From NCBI GenBank assembly GCA_963748845.1, contig CAVVKE010000002.1, positions 728,856 through 792,855 of the forward strand: DNA of 64,000 bases, read 5' to 3'. The stretch is from an uncultured Acidobacteriota bacterium. GTDB taxonomy: Bacteria > Acidobacteriota > Terriglobia > Acidiferrales > UBA7541. Position 1 is the stretch's first letter. Every line of letters starts with the position of its first letter. The position numbers and the translations under genes are program-made. Shown here one piece after another: positions 53,352-61,888 of the stretch. The notes beneath the pieces were generated by a model that was not told the origin of the DNA, did no database searches, and saw only the letters and a list, made by a program, of their open reading frames with translations.

Positions 53352-54502
53352 ACAGGGACATTGGGTCAGGGTCTGGTGTCGGCCTCGATGATAGCCGGCA
53401 GCCGGCGTCGCCGACAAATTGCATTCGCCTCGTCGAGGTGGGTCTTGATGACCCTCGACTTCTTTCTTTTGTCGCATCACATCCAGGCGCGACTGTCTAT
53501 CATCATCCCGCATGGATTAAGGCTCTGGTCGCCGAATACGATCGAAAAACCGTGGTTCTCGCTTCCGAGGGCGAGGATGGCAGCCTCCTCGGAATCCTTC
53601 CGCTCATGTACACGCGCGGCCTTCCAATCCCGATTGGAGGCAATCTTTCTAGTGCGCGTCTGTCCTCCCTGCCGCGGACGCCCATCGCAGGTCCATTGGC
53701 AATATCACGAGATGTCTCGCGCATGCTCCTGGTGGCGGCACTCGATCGTGTGTCAGGAGTATCTAAGCTGAGACTTCAGATTAAGACCGAAGGTCCAATT
53801 ATGGACGGACTCATTAACGGGATTAGCGGATCGCCATGGCGAAAATCCTACGTCATGTCACTGCCTCGGGATGCGGCTAATCTCGTCATGAAGGATCGTT
53901 CCCTCCGTAAGAACATTAAGAGGGCAGCGGCATCTGGCCTGACAGTTCGTGTCGCGACTACGGAAGAGGATCTGCGCAAATGGCATTCCTTATACCTCCG
54001 AACGATGAGAAGGGTGGTTATTCCTCCGCGATCGCTAAGGTATTTTCTCGCCGCGTGGAAGTTCCTCGGCCCGCTCAACCTGATGAAGGTTTTCCTCGCG
54101 GAAAGGAAAGTTGACGGAAAGACTGATTTGATCGCTGGGCTCATTTTTTTCATGTACAAGGAAAGGTTTTGTGCAGGCTTTCTCGCCTGCCCTGCTGAAC
54201 ACTTTCATTTTCGTCCGAATGACTTGATTCACTGGGAGGCAATCCAGTGGGCAACATCGAATGGTTATCATGAATACGATTTTGGGGAGGTTCCCGAGGG
54301 GGAAACTGAGCTTGCGAGATTCAAAATGAAATTCGGCGCGGTGCCGCGGTGGCTTTATCGTTACTATTATCCGCAGGAATCCGCCGCGAGCATGGATTCC
54401 TCGAAACTTTCCACACATCAGGAAATATTAGGACGGTGTTGGAAACGCGTGCCCTTGCCAGCAACGGCCTTTCTCGGTGACTTGATTTATAGCTACATGT
54501 GA
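53348..54502 (+). CDS. FemAB-like / GNAT (Acetyltransf_6-type) family protein
   Basis: ATVYHHPAWIKALVAEYD, RKNIKRAAASGL, and HWEAIQWATSNGYHEYDFGE. A second member of this family in the locus. Confidence 0.6.
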   Translation: MNRDIGSGSGVGLDDSRQPASPTNCIRLVEVGLDDPRLLSFVASHPGATVYHHPAWIKALVAEYDRKTVVLASEGEDGSLLGILPLMYTRGLPIPIGGNLSSARLSSLPRTPIAGPLAISRDVSRMLLVAALDRVSGVSKLRLQIKTEGPIMDGLINGISGSPWRKSYVMSLPRDAANLVMKDRSLRKNIKRAAASGLTVRVATTEEDLRKWHSLYLRTMRRVVIPPRSLRYFLAAWKFLGPLNLMKVFLAERKVDGKTDLIAGLIFFMYKERFCAGFLACPAEHFHFRPNDLIHWEAIQWATSNGYHEYDFGEVPEGETELARFKMKFGAVPRWLYRYYYPQESAASMDSSKLSTHQEILGRCWKRVPLPATAFLGDLIYSYM

Positions 54503-54856
54503 ATCGAGTCCTTCCTCATTCCCCCTTTCCTGATTGTCGTTCCCCCCTCACTTGCGATCCTGTACTGCGCAACTTTCTTCCGACGCACTATAACCCGGCA
54601 TCCTTCCACCCTAGATTTCGGGAATCCGTTGGGTTTGCAAACATTGGCTTCCGGCGAGGCTTGATTCTATCTTTTTTCGCGGTGCCCTTTTGTGCCCAGT
54701 CTTGCGAGTTTCGAGTTTCCAAGGAAAATAATTGCGGCTCCGAGCAGGCAAATCATTATGCGAAGAATGTGAATCGTCCGTGGGGATGAAACTTTACCGT
54801 CTCGAAGTACGGGCCAGCATGAATGTTGAGCAGAGAGAATGGTAATTCTCAGTCTC

Positions 54857-56053
54857 TTAGTATGCCCCGTCCCCGGAGATTACTGCGCGGGGTGTCTGAA
54901 GAAGAATTTTCGCGTCCAAAAGTGGCGTCCACGTCTTCGAATAGCGCAGATCCAGCCTCACCATGTCATCGAATGTCGTTCGGCTGCGGCCTTGGACTTG
55001 CCATAAGCCCGTAATTCCCGGTTTGATCTCGACCAACCGGCGCCGGTGCCAGGTGTCGTACGCTTCCATCTCGTATCGAATCGGCGGACGCGGACCCACC
55101 AATGACATATCGCCATTCAGAACATTCCAGAACTGAGGCAATTCGTCTATGCTCGTCCGCCGCATGAACTTTCCTATCCAAGTCACGCGCGGATCGTTGG
55201 TTATCTTGAAATTGGTGCCCGCCTTGCCGCCGGGATCATCGGGCCCGACCTTTCCAGCGATAAACTTCTGCATGTACTCCCGGTGAATGCCTGCATCGTT
55301 TGAAACGCGCATGGTTCGGAACTTCAGAAATATGAATGGAATGCCATACTGGCCAATCCTTTCCTGGCGGAAAAGCACTGGCCCCTTCGATGAAAATTTG
55401 ATCAGAATTGCGAGGAGCCCAAAGGGAACAAAAAGCAAAAAAAGCGCAACAGCGCTCCCCGCGATGTCCATCGCCCTTTTTGTTACGAGTGATAATCTCT
55501 TTTTCTTCGCGACCTCGATCAATTCGGGGTAGAGCTCTTTGTTCAGCTCCGTCTTGCTCCCGTTTCCATTTCCATTCGAGTCGCTGTTGCTTGTCCAACC
55601 ATCCGGGAATGCATAGAAAGAGACGAGGATGTCGTTCAGTTGCGACTCATCGAATTCCTTTTCGAGGCCTTCGGTGACTTTTGCCTGAAGAACGAGCGTC
55701 GCGGACTTGGTGTCCGTTTGCCCGAGTTCCGTGAAAATCACGCCGAATACGACGTCCTTTTCAAACCATCCGGCCAGGTCGGTTTCTCGAACCTTTTCGC
55801 TAAGGCGTCCAGCAACTTTCTGAAACAGAATTGCGTCCGCCTTTGTCCGTTTCTTTGGTTTGCCTGTGACCAGCATCAGCAGGAGGGGCTTTTTTGAGCG
55901 TTCTGATCTCTTCCTTTCCCGGCTGAGCATCTCTCGGAATTGCTCTTCGGAAAGGAACGACCCGAACTTCCCAACTGTGGGGTCCCCGTTGTTCCCAATA
56001 CCTCTTGCCGGGACGAAATCTAGCGGCGTAGGGATCCTTGCGTGAATAGCCAA
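54857..56053 (-). CDS. Polyprenyl-phosphate sugar-phosphotransferase (bacterial sugar transferase, small PGT type) with a degenerate GGDEF-like N-terminal domain
   Basis: C-terminal domain KRAMDIAGSAVALFLLFVPF..., DELPQFWNVLNGDMSLVGPRPP, ITGLWQVQGRS. N-terminal domain FREMLSRERKRSERSKKPLLLMLV...ETDLAGWFEKDVVFGVIFTEL follows the GGDEF fold pattern without the catalytic residues. Confidence 0.85.
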   Translation of the reverse strand: MAIHARIPTPLDFVPARGIGNNGDPTVGKFGSFLSEEQFREMLSRERKRSERSKKPLLLMLVTGKPKKRTKADAILFQKVAGRLSEKVRETDLAGWFEKDVVFGVIFTELGQTDTKSATLVLQAKVTEGLEKEFDESQLNDILVSFYAFPDGWTSNSDSNGNGNGSKTELNKELYPELIEVAKKKRLSLVTKRAMDIAGSAVALFLLFVPFGLLAILIKFSSKGPVLFRQERIGQYGIPFIFLKFRTMRVSNDAGIHREYMQKFIAGKVGPDDPGGKAGTNFKITNDPRVTWIGKFMRRTSIDELPQFWNVLNGDMSLVGPRPPIRYEMEAYDTWHRRRLVEIKPGITGLWQVQGRSRTTFDDMVRLDLRYSKTWTPLLDAKILLQTPRAVISGDGAY

Positions 56054-56377
56054 CAGTTCCTCCCTTTTGGGTTGCGGGCGGCCGGGTACAAATAGGGCCA
56101 GACCGCGTTCTTCCTATTGAGGAGCACTCCATGTGCCAGACGAGGTCAAAAACTCTAGTTTGGTGGCTAGCCTAAGTTATTGATATAGAACGACTTACGG
56201 AAACACATCCAAGGGTCTACCACTATTGTCCACAGATTTGTTACATGTGAAAGAATATTCCTGTCCCGAAGCTGAAATAGTTTTCAGGACACCTTTTAGG
56301 GCATTTTCGAGGACAAACGCCAATTTGGACCAACCGGCGAGGGTTGCAGGAACCCCAAACAGAGGACGTCTGTATTT

Positions 56378-56725
56378 CTACGATGATTCCTCACTCCGAG
56401 GGCGCTTCCGTTTCCATTCGTAATCGTGGCGGACGAGTGCTTTGTGCTTCTTCAATTGACTCTCAATCTCTGCAAACGCGGTCTTCACGCTTGCGATCAC
56501 ATCATCGCCCTCGCCCACACAGTGAAGCGTCCCTGTAGGAAGCCCAAGATTAATTGTGAACCTGTACACTTCCTTCCTTGCTTGTTTGGCGATCGCGCCG
56601 TGAAGCTGCACCAGATCCGGCGAATAACTCTTCAAAAGTCTTTGCAGCTTGGTGATGTGGGGCGCAACCATGCTCTCCACTGTGCTGTGGGCATCTACGT
56701 TCTTGAAGGTTATTGAGAATTTCAT
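56378..56725 (-). CDS. hpf: Ribosome hibernation promoting factor / RaiA family
   Basis: MKFSITFKNVDAHSTVESMVAPHITKLQRLL ... AFAEIESQLKKHK. Confidence 0.8.
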   Translation of the reverse strand: MKFSITFKNVDAHSTVESMVAPHITKLQRLLKSYSPDLVQLHGAIAKQARKEVYRFTINLGLPTGTLHCVGEGDDVIASVKTAFAEIESQLKKHKALVRHDYEWKRKRPRSEESS

Positions 56726-56891
56726 CCGAGTCCCTCTTCGCGAAACAATGGCATTGGGGCTGGCCACCGCACGTTACAACTGCACTTGTCGCGTTCGGTC
56801 ATGGGATGAAGCCAGCATAACAACTCCACTGTGCATCCGCAATTCCCGGCTCTTGCTTTCGATTCCTTCGGATGATTCCTCATGATTGACA

Positions 56892-57914
56892 ATGCCCCGG
56901 CGCGCGTCATACGCTCGCGCGGCTGGAGTTGCGCCGCGTTCCTTCCTTTTGCGGATCCTCCAAAAAGGCCCCGTGCCGAAATCTTCCACCCCGCGAAATC
57001 CCCCTCAAATCCGCGTCGGCCCCGCCGGTTGGTCCTACGATGATTGGGCTGGCATCGTCTATCCCTCGAAGCGGCCAAAGGTTTTTCATGAGGCGGCGTA
57101 CCTCTCCGAATTTTTCGACACCATCGAAATCAATACATCCTTTTACCAACCATTGCGGCCAAGCTTTGCGGCGCAATGGCTTGAACGTGTGGCGGCGAAT
57201 CCCGGGTTTGTCTTCACGGCCAAGCTCTGGCAGAAATTCACGCATGAAACCGGAGCGACAGCCGAAGATGTGCGCGCGGTGCATGAGGGCTTCGATCCGC
57301 TTGCGCGCGCCGGAAAGCTTGGCGCGGTGCTCCTGCAATTCCCTTTCTCATTTCACCGCACGCCTGAAAATATCGCGTATTTGAAAACGCTGCTCAAAAC
57401 CTTTGGCGATTACCCGCTCGCTGTGGAGGTACGCCACGCAACCTGGAATGACAAAGAATTCTTTGCCATGCTTCACGAAAGTGGCGTTGGTTTCTGCAAC
57501 ATCGACCAACCCGTGATTGGCCGCTCCATGAAACCCACGGAGCGATCAACCGCGCGCGTTGGCTATATCCGTTTGCACGGACGGCGCTATGACACCTGGT
57601 TCACAGATGACCCCACCTCGCCTCCCGAGGAACGCTACAACTACCTCTACAAAGAAGATGAGTTGGAGCCTTGGGCGGAACGCATCCAACACGTCGCAAA
57701 ACATTCAACCTCAACTTTCGTCATCACCAACAATCACTATCAAGGCAAAGCCATCGTAAATGCCCTCCAGCTCATTCACCTCCTCACCGGCAACAAAGTG
57801 AAGGTGCCCGAACCCTTGCGCCATCACTATCCCCAGCTGGAGGCCATCGCCAATGAGCCGCAGCGCGAACCAATGCTATTTCCACAGCCACCCTCCGAAA
57901 ATCAGCATAAGTAA
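56892..57914 (+). CDS. DUF72 (YecE-like) family protein
   Basis: IRVGPAGWSYDDWAGIVYP ... FDTIEINTSFY ... AVLLQFPFSF. Confidence 0.8.
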   Translation: MPRRASYARAAGVAPRSFLLRILQKGPVPKSSTPRNPPQIRVGPAGWSYDDWAGIVYPSKRPKVFHEAAYLSEFFDTIEINTSFYQPLRPSFAAQWLERVAANPGFVFTAKLWQKFTHETGATAEDVRAVHEGFDPLARAGKLGAVLLQFPFSFHRTPENIAYLKTLLKTFGDYPLAVEVRHATWNDKEFFAMLHESGVGFCNIDQPVIGRSMKPTERSTARVGYIRLHGRRYDTWFTDDPTSPPEERYNYLYKEDELEPWAERIQHVAKHSTSTFVITNNHYQGKAIVNALQLIHLLTGNKVKVPEPLRHHYPQLEAIANEPQREPMLFPQPPSENQHK

Positions 57915-58015
57915 AGGCACTGTTTTTGCCTTCAATTGAATGCGGAAATAGCGCTCGCTATACGACGAGATGGACGGGGAAGTGGTGAAAGTTTTGTGCT
58001 GGACCACATAAAAAT

Positions 58016-58039
58016 GGCGGGCGCACCGTTGCGCCCGCC
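58016..58039. terminator. Bidirectional intrinsic terminator GGCGGGCGCA-CCGT-TGCGCCCGCC
   Basis: 10-bp GC-rich perfect stem flanked by AAAAA on one side and TTCTCTTTATT on the other, between convergent genes. Confidence 0.75.
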
Positions 58040-58057
58040 GCCATTCTCTTTATTCGA

Positions 58058-59119
58058 TTACTTGCCCACTACGAGGATTGTGAAGGAATCCGGCAGCATG
58101 GGAGCGCGCCCACCGCGTCCCGCAGGTTGCCCCGCCGGGGGCGGCGTCGTGGGAGTCGGAGGTGGACCGAACTCTGCCGTGATGAGCAGGATATGGCCAG
58201 TCTTGCTATCGAGTGTCAGCGTTTTCGCGCCCACCATCGTCTGCGCATTCTGTTCGACCACGAATTCGGTCGGACTATTTTCTTTGATCACCGTCAGTGT
58301 GCCGTCGCGATTTGAGCTGAACGCCTCCATCGTCGCGGGGTTAAATGTGGCGCCGTCCGTACCCATCCCAATGGGTAAGGAAGCGAGTATCTTGCCATCG
58401 TTTGCGCTGAGGATCACCATTACGGCTGGATCGTGGCATGACGCAAAAAGTACGTTGTTCTTCATATCAAACGCGAGCCCGCCGGGCCCTTTGCCCTTAC
58501 TGGAAATATCCCAGTGCGCCGTTACCGTCATCGTCTTGGCATCCACCGCGGCAATCTGGTCCTTGTCTTCGATGTCCACATAGAGATGGCCTTTGCCGTC
58601 CGTGACGGCCTGCTCCGGCGCGCCGCCAAGGTCCACTGTGCCCACAACTGTGCCATCCTTTGCGTCAATCACGGTCGCATTCGGCGCGCCGTGGCTGAAT
58701 ATCCAAACGCGTGCGTTGAACGGGTCGAATAGAATGCCATCCGGCCCCCCCTGCACGTCAATCGTCTTGATCAACGCCAGCGTCTTGGTATCCCACATCG
58801 CCACTGGCTTGCTGCTGGCAAATCCATGACCCGATTTCGGATCTACGGCGGCGCCGCGTGCATTCGTATTGGGGATTTCACCCAGCGGTTCCAGAGTGTC
58901 CAAATTGAACACGGAGACTCGAGCGCCCTGCTGCCCAGGACGGGGGATATACAATTTCCGTCCATCCGAGTCCGCGTATACGTAATCGAATCCGCCTGCT
59001 CCACCCACCTTGGCGGTCTTGATAATCTTATATGGCCCCTCGGTTGGAGCCTGCGCGGCCAATCCAATCGCCGCCACCATCGCAATTGCCATCACAAGCG
59101 CGATACAGTTTTTTCGCAT
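58058..59119 (-). CDS. Secreted beta-propeller (YVTN/YncE-like) protein
   Basis: Signal peptide MRKNCIALVMAIAMVAAIGLAAQA. Repeated about-40-aa blades (…DGRKLYIP…, …GHLYVDI…). Confidence 0.7.
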   Translation of the reverse strand: MRKNCIALVMAIAMVAAIGLAAQAPTEGPYKIIKTAKVGGAGGFDYVYADSDGRKLYIPRPGQQGARVSVFNLDTLEPLGEIPNTNARGAAVDPKSGHGFASSKPVAMWDTKTLALIKTIDVQGGPDGILFDPFNARVWIFSHGAPNATVIDAKDGTVVGTVDLGGAPEQAVTDGKGHLYVDIEDKDQIAAVDAKTMTVTAHWDISSKGKGPGGLAFDMKNNVLFASCHDPAVMVILSANDGKILASLPIGMGTDGATFNPATMEAFSSNRDGTLTVIKENSPTEFVVEQNAQTMVGAKTLTLDSKTGHILLITAEFGPPPTPTTPPPAGQPAGRGGRAPMLPDSFTILVVGK

Positions 59120-59277
59120 GAATCCTCTCCTCCGAAACTCCCTGAATTAAACCCCGCAGCTTGCCGCAACCATCCACTCGCGAGCCAGTATACACCCGCC
59201 GATAAGACCGCCGGCCCCGACAACTTTGAACTTACAGGGTGCCGTCTTAACCTTACCTTAAGAGAATTTAACTCTTT

Positions 59278-59291
59278 CTCTTCATTAATGG
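59278..59291. repeat. 14-bp direct repeat CTCTTCATTAATGG (left flank of the IS)
   Basis: Identical to 60683..60696. Confidence 0.8.
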
Positions 59292-59356
59292 TCCTGCGCC
59301 CTAGGATTTTGTTGGACACCGAATTGTGATGAAAATGAGTAAGACATCACGAGGAG

Positions 59357-59752
59357 GTGTCTATGAGCAAAGAGAGAGAACCAGCTTCGGGAGCCACGGA
59401 GGGAGCCCACAGGGCGACCGGAGTGGCTCCCGAAGAGCGGCGCGACGGGCGCGGACGCTGGTCGGCCAAACGCAAGTTTGCAGCGGTGCTCCGGCTGCTG
59501 CGCGGGGAGGATCTTGAAACACTCTCGCGCGAACTGGGCGTGACCGCCGCAACGCTGTCCGGTTGGCGCGATCAGTTTCTGGAAGGCGGCGCGGCAAACC
59601 TGAAAGCGCGGGAAGCCGATGTCGAGAACGAAGAGATGCAGCGGCTGAAATCGCTGGTCGCCGATCTGAGCATGAGCAACGAACTGCTGCGCGAAAAGAT
59701 CCACCGCATGGAAGCCGGACGCCCTTTGGTCTGGCGGAGGCCGAAGCCATGA
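59357..59752 (+). CDS. IS3-type transposase OrfA (HTH)
   Basis: RWSAKRKFAAVLRLLRGEDLETLSRELGVTAATLSGWRDQF, followed by a leucine-zipper-like region. Confidence 0.8.
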   Translation: MSMSKEREPASGATEGAHRATGVAPEERRDGRGRWSAKRKFAAVLRLLRGEDLETLSRELGVTAATLSGWRDQFLEGGAANLKAREADVENEEMQRLKSLVADLSMSNELLREKIHRMEAGRPLVWRRPKP

Positions 59753-60642
59753 GCCGCGCCGCTTCGCCCTTCACGGGACGACGTTACGGCGTGGCGCGTG
59801 TCACCCGCGAATGGGAGATGGCGCGTTCCAGTTTCTATCATCAGCGCGCCGTCGCCGCACAACCCGACCAGGTTCTGCAACGGCGCGGACCCAAGACCGC
59901 TTGGAGTGACGCAGCGTTGCTCGAGAAGATCCGCGAAGTGCTGGCGGCCTCTCCGTTTTACGGCGAGGGCCATCGCAAAGCGTGGGCCCGGCTGCGCTTC
60001 GAGGAAGTGCGCACGTCGAAGGCACGGGTGCTACGGCTGATGCGCGAAGCGCAGTTGCTCGCACCGTCACGCACGCTCCCGAAGCCCGCGAATCCCCACA
60101 CCGGCACGATCCTCACCGCACAGCCGAACGAAGTCTGGGCCAGCGACCACACCATGACAGCTACTGTCGAGGAAGGCCAAGTGACCGTGTTCGTCGCGGT
60201 GGATCACTGCACCACGGAATGCGTGGGCCTTCATGCGGCTAAGAAAGCCACGCGGTTCGAGGCGCTGGAACCGCTGCGGCAAGGAGTGCGCGATTACTGC
60301 GGCGGCTTCCGCGCTGGCGCAGCGGCGGGCATCCGCAACCGGCACGACCACGGCAGCCAGTATATGAGCGACGACTATCAGGCCGAAATCGCTTTCCTAG
60401 GCATGGAGTCTTCGCCGTCGTTCGTGCGCCAGCCGCAATGCAACGGCTGCGTCGAGCGGTTCATTCGCACGCTGAAGGAGCAGTTGCTGTGGGTCAGGGT
60501 GTTCCAGAACGTCGAGGAACTGCGCTGCGCGCTGGCGGAATTTCGTGAACGCTACAACCAGCGCTGGATCGTCCAGCGCCTGGGCTACCTCACACCAGCC
60601 CAGGCTCGCCAGCAGCTCCTTGCACTCGGAGCTGCTGCATGA
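59749..60642 (+). CDS. IS3-type transposase OrfB (integrase core, DDE)
   Basis: WASDHTM..., HDHGSQYMSDDYQ and NGCVERFIRTLKEQ form a D, D, E catalytic-core pattern. The frame is open from 59563, so a -1 frameshift fusion with OrfA is possible. Confidence 0.8.
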   Translation: MSRAASPFTGRRYGVARVTREWEMARSSFYHQRAVAAQPDQVLQRRGPKTAWSDAALLEKIREVLAASPFYGEGHRKAWARLRFEEVRTSKARVLRLMREAQLLAPSRTLPKPANPHTGTILTAQPNEVWASDHTMTATVEEGQVTVFVAVDHCTTECVGLHAAKKATRFEALEPLRQGVRDYCGGFRAGAAAGIRNRHDHGSQYMSDDYQAEIAFLGMESSPSFVRQPQCNGCVERFIRTLKEQLLWVRVFQNVEELRCALAEFRERYNQRWIVQRLGYLTPAQARQQLLALGAAA

Positions 60643-60682
60643 ATACACTCAATTCAGTGTCCAAACAATCCGGGGCTAAACA

Positions 60683-60696
60683 CTCTTCATTAATGG
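60683..60696. repeat. 14-bp direct repeat CTCTTCATTAATGG (right flank of the IS)
   Basis: Identical to 59278..59291. It includes the stop codon of the cytochrome c gene. Confidence 0.8.
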
Positions 60697-61082
60697 GACG
60701 GTTTTCTCAAGCTGAGCACGAATGCCACGAGCGGCTGGTGATCCGGACTAGTAACCGGAACGACGGGCATGCCTTTCGCATCCGCGTCCGCGCTGGGCCG
60801 TTGAAGAAATTTTGAAATCTCCTCTGCTGTCAGTTTCGACCCTGTCAGATCTGGCGCGTCGTCTGTTCCTTCGCCATTGTGGCCATGGCAATCGAAGCAC
60901 CGGTAATCGTCATAGGCCTTCTTCCCTTTCGCTACCTGCTCCTTGTCGTCCTGGCGGGCGCGCGGCGCGGCATCGCGGGACCACGCCTGCATCGCACAAG
61001 CAAATCCCAGCACGCACAGGCCAAGTCCAATCACCATTGGAGATGACAAATCTGAACGCAATTTCTGCCACGCACCCTTCAT
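60690..61082 (-). CDS. Membrane-anchored c-type cytochrome
   Basis: N-terminal TM segment MVIGLGLCVLGFACAM and haem-binding CFDCH. Confidence 0.8.
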   Translation of the reverse strand: MKGAWQKLRSDLSSPMVIGLGLCVLGFACAMQAWSRDAAPRARQDDKEQVAKGKKAYDDYRCFDCHGHNGEGTDDAPDLTGSKLTAEEISKFLQRPSADADAKGMPVVPVTSPDHQPLVAFVLSLRKPSH

Positions 61083-61209
61083 ATTTGTCGAGATTATCGC
61101 ATAGGTCTCCTGCGCGGCAGAGAGGGGTGGGAGGATTGCAAGAATTGCCGCTCAGTGTTCTCAAATCCTGCTGAACACACAGCCGATATGATGCTTGAAC
61201 GCGATTCGC

Positions 61210-61695
61210 CTACTTCTTGAAAAGATCCTCGAACGCCCTGCGCGCATCATTCGGCCGTGATGCGGAGTAGGAGTGCTCCTTCTGTGCCGCGGTGGGGGCT
61301 GCGGGGGCAATCGGTGCAGTGTCTTTTTCCACGGTCATGCGGATTTCGAAAAGCTTGCACGTGTTTTTCGAACTCTTTTTCAAAATTGGCTCGGGGATCG
61401 CCTGCGTGCACTCCCACTGGGCGCCCGTGTCAAAGTGGACGCATTGTTTGCAGCAGTGCAGCTCGAAACCGCACTTGGGGCACGCGCCATTCACATCAAA
61501 TCCCGGGGGCAGGATGCTTCCGCAGCTCGAGCAGCGCGCTCGAAGTATCGTCCCGACCATGCGTGGAGTGCGCGGCCCGATCTGTTCCTGGCGCGCGGGC
61601 CGCGGATGGTCCTTCTGGACCTTTTCCCGCTTCTCCGGCTTCCCGGAATCCTGGTAGCCGTGTTGCTTGTATTTTCTGTCCAAACGGACCTCCAT
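61210..61695 (-). CDS. Zinc-ribbon hypothetical protein
   Basis: MEVRLDRKYKQHGYQ start. Cys pairs: CSSCGS...CPKCGF...CCKQCVHF...C. Confidence 0.55.
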   Translation of the reverse strand: MEVRLDRKYKQHGYQDSGKPEKREKVQKDHPRPARQEQIGPRTPRMVGTILRARCSSCGSILPPGFDVNGACPKCGFELHCCKQCVHFDTGAQWECTQAIPEPILKKSSKNTCKLFEIRMTVEKDTAPIAPAAPTAAQKEHSYSASRPNDARRAFEDLFKK

Positions 61696-61888
61696 GGCGC
61701 TCGCACACTGGGGTGCTCGCCGGAGTATGATTTTCCGCGGCAATTTAACGCACTAAACCGAATGCGCGCTGTACCGCCGTGGAAGGTATTATTGCTTTAC
61801 CAGTAGAGTTACAATCCTTCGCCCGAGCTTGTTACCGTTCCGCAGAATATCGTTCCAGGGAGAACAAAACGGTGGAGACACGTAAGTA

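Larger units (their letters stand above)
59292..60682 (+). mobile_element. IS3-family-like insertion sequence (~1.39 kb)
   Basis: orfA (HTH) plus orfB (DDE/rve) in the -1 frame, with about 190 nt of frame overlap. Imperfect terminal inverted repeats: left TCCTGCGCCCTAGGATTTTGTTGGACACCGAATTG, and right reverse complement TGTTTAGCCCCGGATTGTTTGGACACTGAATTG. Confidence 0.8.

Noticed and set aside
56205-56225. TCTACCACT 9-mer resembling the tRNA D-arm region, considered as another att remnant at the right end of the polysaccharide locus
   Set aside because: The match does not extend beyond 9-10 nt, which is chance level.
56726-56885. Sigma-54 type promoter (TGGC...TGC) upstream of hpf
   Set aside because: The only TGGC/TGC pair has the wrong spacing for a -24/-12 promoter.
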